Shown piece by piece: positions 42,466 through 55,291 of a stretch of 64,000 nucleotides of DNA. Source of the DNA: the human T2T-CHM13v2.0 reference genome, Homo sapiens. Position numbers and translations under genes: made by a program. The notes beneath the pieces are model-generated. The model was not told the origin of the DNA and did not search any database. It saw only the letters and a program-made list of their open reading frames with translations. The DNA is taken from assembly GCF_009914755.1 (NCBI RefSeq), contig NC_060926.1, one strand, 5' to 3'. Each line of letters starts with the position of its first letter. The first letter of the stretch is position 1.

Positions 42466-44482
42466 TAAAAATACTTTTTCACAATTGAGAAGTATAGTGT
42501 ACAGTAAGTACAGAAAGCATAAATGTGCAGTTCAATGATTACAAAGTGAACATCCACATAACCATGGTCCAGAACAAGAAAGAGGGCCTTGCTTGCCAGC
42601 ACTTCAGAAGCCCCCTTGTTCCCCTTTCAATCATTTCTCTCTTCTCTTAGTTGTATCTACTATTCTCATGTCTGACACTCACAGCTTGATTCTTGCACTC
42701 ACTGGTGCTGAGAACTACAGCTACAAGATAAAGTCCACACTGCTTAGCGTGTCAGAGGTGGCTCCTGCACAATTTGGTCTCTACAATTTCATCTTCTGCC
42801 TCTGCCCTCTTCACATGTAATTCTCAAGTCATTTGGAATCAGTTATGCTTCATTTCACAATAATTTCCCTAAGTTACTGCTCATGTTTATGCTGCCTCAC
42901 TGCCTCTGTGCTTCTGTACTTGCTGGGGAGTGCCTGCACTTCCTGAGTCTATTAATTTCATCCTTCCAGACCTGTCCAATTGTTGCTTGCTTACAAGGCC
43001 TACTGACTTTCACCCCTCTGCCCTACCCAAACCAGAACCATCACTCTTTCTTTGTGTGACTAAGAACATCTTATAATGTGTGCAAGTGCTTGTTTACATG
43101 TGTATTCCGCTTTCTAGACCAGGAAATAGGGCAGAGATTTAATTTTCTTGTGCTTATAGGCTTAGTGTGTATCCCTCAGTCAGTGCTTAATTGTTGAACA
43201 AGCAAATAGTCTCCAGGTATAAACATCTTAGGAAAAGTAGCACACTGCAACCTTAATACCTCTGGGTATATTTGGATCAGATCACGTTCTTCCTTGTCAG
43301 GAAACAAATGCAGACATCAGTAACACACTGGGTGCCCGAGAGGGAGGTGAAAGTAAGTGAAGAAAGAGGGATGAAACACTGCAGGAGCGGGAGCAGGGGA
43401 GCTAGTGATGTTGTCTGAAGGGCTGCCAGAGCCTACAGAGCAAGGAGTAATCAGAGTGCTCCCGGCAGCACTGAGCCTTCCCTTCTTTCTCAGAGAGGAC
43501 TCCCAGTTGTCAGACCACTGTGCTACATGGGGAGCCTGGACTGTTCCAAATTCCTTACATCTTTTCCTGCCTCTGATTGTCCTCACATTGTCCATCTTCT
43601 TCTCTGAGTATCCATTCTGCTTGCAAAATGCCACCTTTTAAGTAAGTAACCTGCCTATTTTTGACCCTAGCATCAAAACTCCTATCCATCCACAGTATGT
43701 GAGTGGGAGTGGAAGGCGACAATAAGCCACACAGAGGGGCCTTGTGTAACTGCTTGGTGCTCAGAGGATCTGGACAGAAGCATCTGGGCAGCCTGCCACA
43801 GGAAACTTCACAGCAATGTCAATAGTCCTGACGAAAACGAACCTTGACTGCTGGGCAAACTGAGAGGGTGGAAGGACAGAAATGAGCATCACTTGAAATC
43901 TACTGATGCCGGAAAAGATATTGTAAAGCAAAATTTAAAATCAAAAAGTAGTTAATAAATTTTGGCCCCTTCTACTGTATGGGTCTGAAAGACAGCCATC
44001 ACTGGTGGTTTGATACCTGGGGAAGGGGTGAGGGCAGCTTTGAGTGGAGATGATCAAGGCAGGTCTGGAGCCCACACTTGGGAGATGCTTGCATCTGCAA
44101 AATGAAGAAAGAACTGCAGTCTCAGAGAAAGTGGGCTCTGCTCTCCTCCCCTAAGGAACCAGAGCAGCAGATGGGTCTCAAGCAGCACTGGACCAGTTTG
44201 GCACCTGGTGGGCCAGTTTTCTGCAGCTAAACAAGGACCGGAACAAACAAACAGGGCATCAGATGTGGCCCAGATGCCAGTTCTGTCACTGGGTGTGAAA
44301 GCCCAGTGAACGTCACATTTTGAACTGCAAAAGCTCTGGGACTGCATAGGTCCCTGGAACAGGAGGATCCTTAAGAAGATATAAAGAGATACATGCTTGA
44401 ATGATTAATAAGGAAAAGAGACTATTTGTGACATCAGATTAAAGCAGTTCAAGCCAGCTCTATATCTATAAATATATATAAA

Positions 44483-44586
44483 ATCAATATTAACACATTC
44501 AATTTTTTTTGTAGCTAGTTGGGTGATAAGGCAACTCAGGATGGCATCTGAATCAGCATGGTCAAAGAATTTGGTGTGGTGGGGTA
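44483..44586 (+). repeat. Direct repeat, copy 1 (~104 bp)
   Basis: atcaatattaacacattcaa(T)n..tagctag.tgggtgata.ggcaactcaggat..ctgaatcagcat..tttggtgtg.tggggta, also present at 46094-46207. Confidence 0.92.
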
Positions 44587-44593
44587 TCTATGC

Positions 44594-44632
44594 CTTGAGG
44601 GTCTACCATGTGTCAGATGGTAGACCCTCAAG
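44594..44632. repeat. Perfect 16-bp inverted repeat with 7-nt spacer
   Basis: cttgagggtctaccat-gtgtcag-atggtagaccctcaag. Confidence 0.95.
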
Positions 44633-44650
44633 ACATGTAGTTATACAGGC

Positions 44651-44862
44651 CAGATGACATTAAAGTGCTTGACACATACTTTTTAGCTCCCAGATTTTGT
44701 TGACCTCCTGGTTTTTGTTGCCCTCTGCAAACAAGTGGATAAAAACAATTTTGGGACAGATGACATTAAGTGCTTGACACATACTTTTTAGCTCGCAGTT
44801 TTTGTTGACCTCCTGGTTTTTGTTGCCCTCTGCAAACAAGTGCATAAATACATACAATTTGG
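44651..44862 (+). repeat. Tandem duplication, 2 x ~106 bp
   Basis: Units start cagatgacatta at 44651 and 44757; also visible as the repeated HLFAEGNKNQEVNK peptide in ORF 44660..44869. Confidence 0.95.
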
Positions 44863-44943
44863 TTTTCATTTTTATTTGTAAACTGCTTTTGAAGCAGGAT
44901 CTTTGTTAAGTAACATTTATTTTTTTCCTGATTTTCAAAGTAA

Positions 44944-45273
<330 letters not shown>

Positions 45274-46093
45274 AAAATTTTTGAAAATTGAAAAAAAGCA
45301 TAAAGAAGAAAATAAAAACTATCTATAATACCATCACCCAGAGATAATTACTGCTAACATTTAGTAAATTTCCTTCCATGTTTATTTAGGTAGAGAGATT
45401 ACAGGTTGTTTTGCTCTGTTCTATTTTTACCCATAACATTATGAGCATTTCTCAATATTATTAAATATTAATTGAATATATTCCATCATATAGATATCTT
45501 ATTTAACTAATACATTATTTTTTATTTTTTTCCATTTCACAAATAATGTTGTAATAAAAATGTATAAACTTAGCATAATATCTTAGAAGTGAATTTGTTG
45601 GCTGAAATCATATGGACATGTTGCAACTCTTGGTTCGACTTGCCAAACTACTGTTCTAAAGGTTGTTTATTTTTTTTACCAGCAATGATGAGCCCCTAAC
45701 CTCTGCAACACTGTGATTATTTGGAACAGTTTATTTAAGGAATATAATTTATAGTTGGAAAAAACCCTTATTCTGCCACTATGAGAAACTTATAGTAAGG
45801 AATGAAAATACAATAATAGATAGAAAACTTTAAAGTTTTTGACTACCACATATTATTGCCAGTCCTGGGTAAGCTGAGTCATGATGTATAAGTCCAGGTA
45901 CACGACAATATAATTCAAACTGTAAAGATGTAACTTTGCAGTTATATGCAAACGGAACTATGTTTATCTGTATTTCAGTAGTTTAAAAGTCTCTCATTGT
46001 AGGATATATGCATTGTCCTTTCAAAGTATCCGCTCCTAGAAGGCAGTGTTGAGTAATTTGTTGTGGTAATTTGTTGTGACAATTCGCCAACTC

Positions 46094-46207
46094 ATCAATA
46101 TTAACACATTCAATTTTTTTTTTTTTTTTTTTTTAGCTAGATGGGTGATATGGCAACTCAGGATTCTACCTGAATCAGCATAGTAAAGTATTTGGTGTGC
46201 TGGGGTA
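46094..46207 (+). repeat. Direct repeat, copy 2
   Basis: Matches 44483-44586 with about ten substitutions and a longer T tract. Confidence 0.92.
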
Positions 46208-48739
46208 GTTTTTGAACCCATTCTGCTTTTCTTTCCTTTTCCTGACACTTACCTCTTGCAATCCAAGCGAAGAGAGAAGACTGGCTGCTGTTTCTCTGCC
46301 CCTTTTCCCTGCAGATCTGTCCCAACTACTCCATCCCAACACTCCCATCTGTCCCACGTCAAGAGGCTGGTTTAGAGGAGTTTATGTGAGGATGATCTCT
46401 TCTTTGCCCCCTCTGCCTTTTCTTTCCATTTTTTTTCAGGGGAGCCCTGTACTTGGTACTTTTTCTTTGGCTTTTCACTTCTCCCAAAATAGTTATATCT
46501 ACTTTAGTTACTTGTCATAAGTACAGACACATCTTCTGTAATCTCCATCCTCTTTCCCCACTTCCTTCCAATTCTTGCCCATTTGCTTCAAGAAGGGCTC
46601 TCTTCCTTAACATGCTCTCTTCCTATTTCCTTGCTCCTTTCATGAAAAAGCCAACATCTTGGCTGACAAGTCACACACCTTTGTCAAGGAAACAAACAAA
46701 ATCCTCCATCCACCCTCATGATGGAGGGTACTCCAGCTGCTGGGTCCTTTGGCTGCAGTGTAGACCTAGAGGAAGAGAGAAGCCCAGAGACTGAGCTGGG
46801 AGAGTGGGCACAGACTTGACATTCATCTCAGCAAACAGGGTGGAGAAGGGTAAAGCCAAAGCTGGGACTGTGAGGAACAGGGTGGCCAAGAATGCAGTGT
46901 GCAGTGGAAGACGGTTTGAATACATTCCAGAGATGGGGAGCAGAGCACTTTAACCTACTCTCCACCCTGGCTTGTGTTGTTAACAGACAATTATTAATGG
47001 CCAGGAATGAGTGGACCGTAGCCAGTGTGGCTGACACCTAAAACAGTGTTACAGATCAGTTAACTATACAAGTCCTGCACAGTGGATGCTGGGAGAAAAG
47101 GGAAGGAGTGGGAAGAGAAGATAGAGTTGCGGAGTTTTAACCACTGTTGCCAAAGATAGGGGATAGAAGAGAAAGAAAAACAAGGCTCTAATCCTTAAAA
47201 AATTTCCCGAAATTCTCTTAAGAAAGTCTTTTCAAAAGTTTCCATTTACATTTCTTCTGTCTTAAACACAAATTTTAACCACAATTACTATTCAGTCAAT
47301 TAAATGTTTGGTTGTACTTACTGCCTAATATACTTTTCTGCTCTTTCTACAAGCAATGTGTAGTATAAATTTGCTTATCTGTAGAAGTCAATTGGATTAG
47401 ATGATTTCTAGGATCCCACCTAATCCCCCCAAAGTCTGTAACACTTGTATTTTCACTTGTATTTTATAAGCACTGGTAGCTCATCCTGGGAACCTAACCA
47501 TCTCGGGTTTTTTTGTTGTTGTTGTTGTTGTTTTATTCTTACAACAGAGATTGCATTATAAGTTCAAAATAACCAACTTATAAAGAAATAAGCAATTGGA
47601 AACTAAACTAGTTGTATGATGAATTTCTGCAAGGTATTTGAATATATTTTGAATATACAAAAGAGGATGAACTAGGTAAACTTTATAATCCTTTATACCT
47701 TAAAATTCTATAGTATCTTGTAATAAAATACAATGGATAAAGGTTTGCTTATTTTTCAGAAGAGCAGCTACTTTTAAAGTCGTGGCTCTTGAAATTATGA
47801 GTTATTATATATTCCTATTAACTTGTCTTTAAGAAACTTGTTTATAATCTCTATATATTTAAAAATACTCAAATTTCCATGCATTTAAAAGTTTATTTAG
47901 TCTACAATACACTTCCAAAGCTTTGAATTTCATATCGCAAAATAAGGGAAATTTTAATTATATTTCTGGTAATATGAATATTCTACATGACTCAGTTAAT
48001 TGTAGGGCTACCACCACACAGAGTGGAAAATTTGTTAAGTATAGAATTGTTCTGAGGCAATAATAGACGAGAATTATATTATACCTTAGATCTTGTAGGT
48101 CATAAGCCATAATGTTATTCTTCCTCTCCTCTAAGAACATTTTAAATCTATTCTTTTGTTTGGAATTACTGAAGCATTTTAAAGTAAGAAATCTTTCCGA
48201 AAATAATAAATTAATGCTCTTTTAGTGAAATTTTCATTCAAATGTCAAAATCACTACCAACTTCTTACATTTTTTTTTTTTCACTGAAAACTTTTTTTTA
48301 GTTTCACAAAGTGGAAATGGTTAGGGTTTTTTTTTTTTTTTTTTTTTTTTTGGGTCAAAAGAATCCCCTATTTTTGCAAATGCTAAAATAATGCACTAAT
48401 CATTGAGCAGTTTTAATAACAATTTCTTAAAACCCCTTTTAAACATATATTCACTGAATTCAAGAGAAGTATAACACATAGTTGCTCCTTCCAAGGGGGC
48501 TTACTGTATACTTAGGATGAACATAATTAAGTAACTAAAGATGCATAAATAACTATAAGCCTTCCATGTGGTACCAAAGAGAAGTGGAATGGGAGTTAGG
48601 GAAAGCAGAAGCTACTGAGGGAAGTGGAGCTCACAGTGATCTTCAAGGAAGTTAAACTGGAGTTTTAAAGATGGGAGAAACACTTGTGTCAGTGTTTCTG
48701 AAACCTCCAGCACTGACTTGGCTGCTTAGAGCTATCTGT

Positions 48740-48975
48740 TTAATGGTCCAGACATGGGCTGTGGGACAGAGATCTTGGCCTCAAAGCCTGGCTCTCCCAT
48801 GTTACCTAAACAGGTAATTTTAGTACCCCATATTTCAGTTTCCTCAGTTCTACCAGAGAATGAAGTGAATAATAGTGCATACTTTATAGCGCTGTTGCGA
48901 GGATCAGATGAATTAATACTGATAAAGTGCTACCAGCACTTATTAGGTACTCGATACATGTTAGTTATTATTTTC
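48740..48975 (+). mobile_element. MIR
   Basis: cctggctctc..tcagtttcctca..aataatagt..gttgcgaggat..aaagtgct. Confidence 0.75.
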
Positions 48976-49002
48976 TTGCACCACTAAAATAGCATTTATC
49001 CT

Positions 49003-49253
49003 TGGGAGGTGAGCTTCAGCCCAGGAGTTCGAGACCAGTCTGGCCAACATGGTGAAATCCCGTTTCTATAAAAAATAGAAAAATTAGCCGGGCATGGTGG
49101 CACGCCTATAGTTTCAGCTGCTTAGTAGACTGAGGTGGGAAGATGACTGGAGCCTGGGAGGTTGAGGCTGCAGTGAAAGCCATGATTGTGCCACTGTACT
49201 CCAGCCTGGGTGACAGAGTGAGACCCTGTCTCAAAAACAAAAACAACAAAAAA
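49003..49253 (+). mobile_element. 5'-truncated Alu (AluJ-like)
   Basis: cccaggagttcgagacca..gagaccctgtctcaaaaac. Confidence 0.9.
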
Positions 49254-49860
49254 GAGAGTTTACTTAATAGTCCTCATTTTAAAATTAAGGGTCTTTGCTC
49301 AAGGAAATGTATTTAAAAGGTATTTTGAGATCGTTATTCTAAATGCATAATGAATCTCATTTGCCTCAATGGAAGATAACCATAAAAACAAATACAAGGA
49401 AAACAGTGCTATTAAATTCTAGCTATATACTGAGGCCTGCCAAGGCTCTGAGCTGAAGCCTGTTTCCTCATTGTAAAAAAAAAACAAAAAACAGAATTCA
49501 GCAAGTATTAGAAGGATTACAGACATACTGGCACCAATTTAAATTTCCTCCTTCGAAGGACTGAAAGAATTGAAAAGGGAATAGCTTGTTCAGTATGTGG
49601 TTTACTGCTATTTAATGCCAACGTGCATCTTCCATCTCGAATCATCTCAGCATGCTTCTGTACTTTGACAGAGCCATCAGAAGACAATGTGAAGGAGCAG
49701 TGTTCATTTACCATTGACTGGTCTTGTGTTCAAAGGTGTGTCATATATACTGACTGTATATTGTCAGTGGCATACATTATATTCTATTTTCCATGAATTA
49801 CAACTTCCATTCAGAAGCACAAAAAAAATTATTCTCTTTCTCTAATTTTTAAACCTGAGA

Positions 49861-50225
49861 GCAGCCATAAAAAAGAACAGGTTCATGTCTTTTGTGGGAA
49901 CGTGGATGGAGCTGGAGGCTGTTGTTATCCTTAGCAAACTAACACAGGAACAGAAAATCAAATACCTCATGCTCTCACTTACAAGTGGGAGCTAAATGAT
50001 AAGAACTCATGGACACGAAGAAGGAAACAACAGACAGCGGGGTCTACTTGAGGGTGAGGGGTGGGAGGACGGAGAGAGGCAGAAAAGACAACTATTGGGT
50101 AGTGGGCTTAATACCTGGGTTATGAATTAATCTGTACAATGAACCCCAGTGACACAAGTTTACCTATGTAACAAACCACATGTGCCCCAGAACCTAAAAT
50201 AAAAGTTAAAAAAAACACACACACA
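49861..50225 (+). mobile_element. L1PA13-16-like 3' end
   Basis: gcagccataaaaaagaac..gtgggagctaaatgat..acctaaaataaaagtt; flanks aacYtgaga. Confidence 0.88.
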
Positions 50226-52959
50226 CAACTTGAGAGAGGAAATCTGGTTTTCTGAGAGGGGAAATAAACCTGGTGATTTGGCTGTATACTGTGACACACT
50301 CTACAACACGGATTAAAATTATGAACACGCCTGTAAAATAAGCTTCTCCCAAATCTACTCCTAACAGGTAAAAACAAAAACTAAGTCAAGAAGGCTTTCA
50401 AATTTTTTAAAAAGTGTTTTCAAAATTTAAAACCATACAAGTGATATTTATTTAAGACATCAGAAGTAGCTCTGTCTTGCCCTTACTTTTATATATAAGG
50501 AATAAGCCTGGGATGATATTTGCAAGAGATAGAGTTAAGAATAAACACATGAATAATAAATAAAAAAACAGAATTTGATATATTTCTCATACCACTTTCC
50601 AAATGGTGTTAAAAATTCAGAATCTGGTGTATTTATTAACCCTTTGTAATTTATTTAAAAATAAATTTTGTGCCTAAAAATCTAATATGAATTACTTTAG
50701 GAACATTCTAAAATTACTTCACAATTTACACACTGCTTCAAAACATATTCTAACTCTTAATATTTTATTGAAAATGTTATATATTTAATCAGAAGTAGGC
50801 ATCACATATTTTAGACACTTCTATTAGGAAATACAATTCATACTAATAACATCTACAAAATACAAAATTCTGCTAGTTCATATTTTCCATTTCATTTATT
50901 CAGCAAATATTTATTAAGTGACTAGTATGCGTCAGCCAATGTTCTAGCCACTGAATATACAGCAGTGAATAAAAAATTCTGCCTCTTGGAAATTACACTC
51001 ATGTCCTTTAGGCTCTTAATGAAATGTAACATGAAATGTGATTTTCCATGTATAAGAAAATTATTTTTATTTTACTATTTGCATTCGACGAAGTATTACA
51101 AAAATAATATACTCTCATTCCTTAGTAGTTTTTATATTCATCTTTTAGAGTGCATGAAAAGACAATCAAAACTATAAACAGAGACAAAACATTTTCCTTT
51201 GTCTTTTAGACTTCCTTCTGTTCTCCTTATTTTCACTGTTTTATAGCAAAGCCCTGCGGGCAGGGAACCATCCATGACTTACTTGTCTTTGTGTTCCAAG
51301 CATCCAGCCCTAAACCTGGCACATTCTTGGTGCTCAACAAGCTGTACTGAATAAATGAATAATTTCAATATACAGGTATTTATAATAAAATCACACCAGG
51401 AGAAACCAAAACTATTGCATGGACGTTTAACAAAAGATATCCAAAGTGGTCTGAATGGCAACTATTTGTGTTAGCACATTCTTACACCTGTCTGGGATGC
51501 CTCCAAGAACACTCTAAAGCCTTGAAACTGTTTGATCTCTTCCAGAGGGCCTTCAGAGGATAATCAGACACCATAATTGTTACCTTCCAGGATGGAATGT
51601 GAATCTCTTTGCTTTCCTCTAACAAATCCTCAGGGCGTGGGAGTGGGAGAAGACTGTGTGTGTGCTGGAGTCGGGAGGAGGTATTAGGGATGGCATGAGT
51701 GACAAAACCTGGTAAGGTGGAAAAAAAGAATCCATCGTCTGACTTGACTCAGATACAGGCGAATGCTTCAGTTCTTTTTGAGCTACCATATTGACTACAG
51801 TGTTGTCATACAGACATACAGAATTGGATGCTTAAAAGCTTAAAATTTTATCTTTCCTTCATTTTCCTTCCTCCCACCACTTCCCCCAGCACCACAGGGC
51901 ATTTAAGGCAAAGTAAAGTGGGCCAAAAATGCCATTCTTAATGTGGGAAGAATACACTATCTAAATGTGCCCAGAAAACAAACAAGGATAGATTCCACTG
52001 TTTAACTGTAGAAACCAGATACAACTCAGAAGAAAAAGTATCTGTCCTGACACATTTCCTTTTCAGCATCATGTTCAGCCAGACACAGACAAGCTTGGGA
52101 AGAGGATTTAATGTTGTTTCTTCCAACTCTGGAAACAATTCCACTAGAAGGCTCAATAGTTCAGGTAAGACCACTCATTTCGTGACTCATGAATCAGTGA
52201 TTATACATCTTTACGGAAAAAAGTTCTTTTTTTCTAGCTTTCAGAACCAAGAGTGTTTGCAAAACATCAAGATTCCATAGAGGAATTAGAAGAGAATTTT
52301 GCAGATTTCGTTGCCTGAACATTACCTTCCCCACCAACCAAGAAATTGCCTAAATCGTCTTTAACATGACCATCTAACTTTCTCTTTAGTAGAACAGGAT
52401 CCACAGCTGCAAAAACCGTGACAATTAGGGAGACTAAGAGAAACTTCCAGCAGTGATTTCTGCAGTTAAAGAATTTCAGGAATTAAGCAGACTTATTCAT
52501 TTGAAATATCAACTCAACTACTCCAGACAAAACCTGTCACTAATACTGAAGAAAAAGATTTAACTTTAATTATATGTATTCCATTGCGGCATTACTCATT
52601 TCTATAACATGATTTCGCAAAAAGAAAAAAAAAGGTTCTGTACTTTATTAAAGTCTTTTTCTTTCAATATCATCATCATCATCCTATCCCTTGCTGCAAC
52701 ATAAAGATGTGGTTTGAAGAATTTCCCATCTCAAAGAATGCCTTGTATCCCCATCAGCGAAGTAGGCACACTCTGGGAGGCCAGCCAGGGTGTGGGAATG
52801 GCCTCCTATAAAACTTGATTTTTATGTGTATGTTAAAATGGGATTCTACCTGTCTTTGCAGTAGTTTTATATTAATGAATGCTCTCTAATCTTCAAGAAC
52901 ACAATGCTAAAATTCTTTAATTTTTCCACTTTTTGCAAAGAATTGAAATATAGATTTAA

Positions 52960-53403
<444 letters not shown>

Positions 53404-54279
53404 TAATTTAGCACACACCAGCACTATACTAGCGCCGTAGTTTTTCTACACCATGGACACAAAAAACATTAAACAGTAAAATAAAAGGCAGATTTTCAGG
53501 AGGTTAAAAAGGTTGGAATTAAATTACCCGGCCAGCGCGACAGTTGTCAAAGCTGTACTTCGGACTCCCTGGTTCCATTCCTCCCTCCTCCTCCCGTCCC
53601 AACGCCAGAGCGGAGGTGGGGAGGGGGCAAGATGGGCGAGGCAGAGATGCTCTCCCAGCCGCCGGTTCTTCCAGCGCCGCGCACCTGCCGCCCCTTCCTC
53701 CATGCGGTCGCTGCAGCCTTCCCGCCGGACGCCTCGCCCCCCCGGGCAGGGGCGCACCTGGACCACCTGCCTCCCCGCCTCTGCCCCGAGCCTGCGGGGG
53801 CCAGGGGAGCCCGGCGCGCTGTTGTTTTTTTTTTTTTTTTTTTTTTTAAAGTCAGCCTCCTAGAGGATGTTGGATTTGGCGGGTGTGCTCTTTGAAATAC
53901 TATATCGGGAACCTCACACATAATTTTTTTTTTTTAATTGCAAACCTTCCCAGTTCACTCCGCAGCTGGAGAGCAGGCCGGAGGCGGCGTTCCCCACCCG
54001 TCTCCCTCTTTGTCGTCCCCTCCCCGCGCCCGGAGCGGGACTCGCGGGAGCCGCCCACTCCCGGCGCCCACTTGGTTCCTCCCAGCTGCCGTGTGAATGG
54101 GCCGTCCTCCGGATTCCGCGGAGGGGGCGGCGGGAAGGGGCCGAGCCCCGGGCCCAGCGGCCGCCCCCGCCCCCGCCCGGCGGCGGCCCACGCCGGGATC
54201 TGCGTCACTCGGCCGCGCGTGGGCGGGAGCCGGAGCGGCGAATGTAGCAAGAGCGGAATCTCCCAATGTGACAGCGCGG

Positions 54280-54669
54280 GGTGGGGGAGTGGAGGCGGCG
54301 GAGGCGGGCGGGGGAGGGGGAGGAGGGTGTAGCGCGCGCGGGGAAGGCAGGGGAGGGGAGGGCAAGGCGCGGCGGGGGAGGCGCTGCCGCCGCCGCCGCC
54401 GCCCGCGCGCCGCAGCCTGGAGGAGCCGCCGCCGCCGCCGCGGCCAAGCGAGCGCCGTCGGGGCGGGTGGGCGGGAAGAAGCGGCGGGCCCGAGGTGGGG
54501 GGGAGCAGAGAGAGCGCGCCCACCACCTTCCCTTCCCCCCTCGATGGGAGCGGGGGCGTCCCGGCTCCTGCAGCCGCCAGAGGAGGGAGAGCCGGGGGCC
54601 GTCGCTTCGGAGTTGGGGCTGAGCAGTCCTCGGGGAGAGCGCGCCAAGACCGCTGCAGCCGCTGGCTGA
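54280..54669 (+). other. NAB1: NAB1 exon 1 (5'UTR; start position uncertain)
   Basis: GCC-repeat leader ending at donor TGA|GTACGT; gene identity from recall of the mRNA leader. Confidence 0.65.
54386..54439 (+). repeat. (GCC)6 and (GCC)5 tracts
   Basis: 54386-54403 and 54425-54439. Confidence 0.92.
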
Positions 54670-55154
54670 GTACGTACCGGAGCGGACGGTCGCCACTCCC
54701 GGTCCGCCAAGTGCGGGACACTTTCGCGGCTGAGCGGCCACGGGCGAACTTGGGGCGGCTGAGTCGCGGGGCCACGCGGGCACTTTGGGGGCGGTGTCCG
54801 GGGGAAGCGGGCTCCGCGCGGCCGCCGCCGGAAGGAGAGGGCGGCCCCGGGCTCGTGTGGGCGATTCCCGGAGACATTCTGTGTGCCAGGGCGGCGGGGA
54901 GCGCGGCCCTGACTCGTGCATTTTCCCTCCGAGAAAGGTTGGGGTGCCGAGTCCGTTCTGCTAACGGGGCTGGGGGCGTCACACGGCGCTCTGGGGGTGT
55001 GCGATGTGGGTTGTGCGCGCCGGCCCCAGAGTTTTGCAGCCACCTTCGTCAGGGCAGTCTTTTTGTTTGTTTACTTTATAAAAGTGCTGCACTTACCGTC
55101 TCGATTTTCTTCTTGGGTATCTTCCCTTTCCGAATGTAGTTTTCTTTTTAAAAG

Positions 55155-55291
55155 CGGAAGGAGAGTTTTACATGGAAGTGGCTTACAGAAACTTGGCGCT
55201 GAGGTGCAGGGAAGCCAGAAACTCTTTGTGTCTCTAAGGCCGATGAGGAATTTGGAAACACATGTGGGACATACAAGCGTTGGATATAGAG
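55155..55291 (+). other. NAB1: NAB1 exon 2 (5'UTR)
   Basis: Acceptor ttttctttttaaaag|cgg; donor AGAG|GTGTGT. Confidence 0.68.

Larger units (their letters stand above)
53530..55050. promoter_or_regulatory. NAB1: CpG island promoter (NAB1; probably bidirectional)
   Basis: Very high GC and CpG density; GC boxes, EGR sites (54162-54176, 54217-54225), TGCGTCA at 54201-54207, NF-kB-type GGAATCTCCC at 54255-54264 overlapping CCAAT. Confidence 0.9.

Noticed and set aside
44594-44862. Palindrome plus repeated units as a CRISPR-like array
   Set aside because: Only two adjacent long units, no repeat-spacer periodicity, no cas genes, eukaryotic context.
53900-55139. Long overlapping ORFs (190-362 aa) on both strands
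   Set aside because: Low-complexity Pro/Arg/Ala/Gly translations are expected from stop-poor CpG-island DNA; no recognisable domain.
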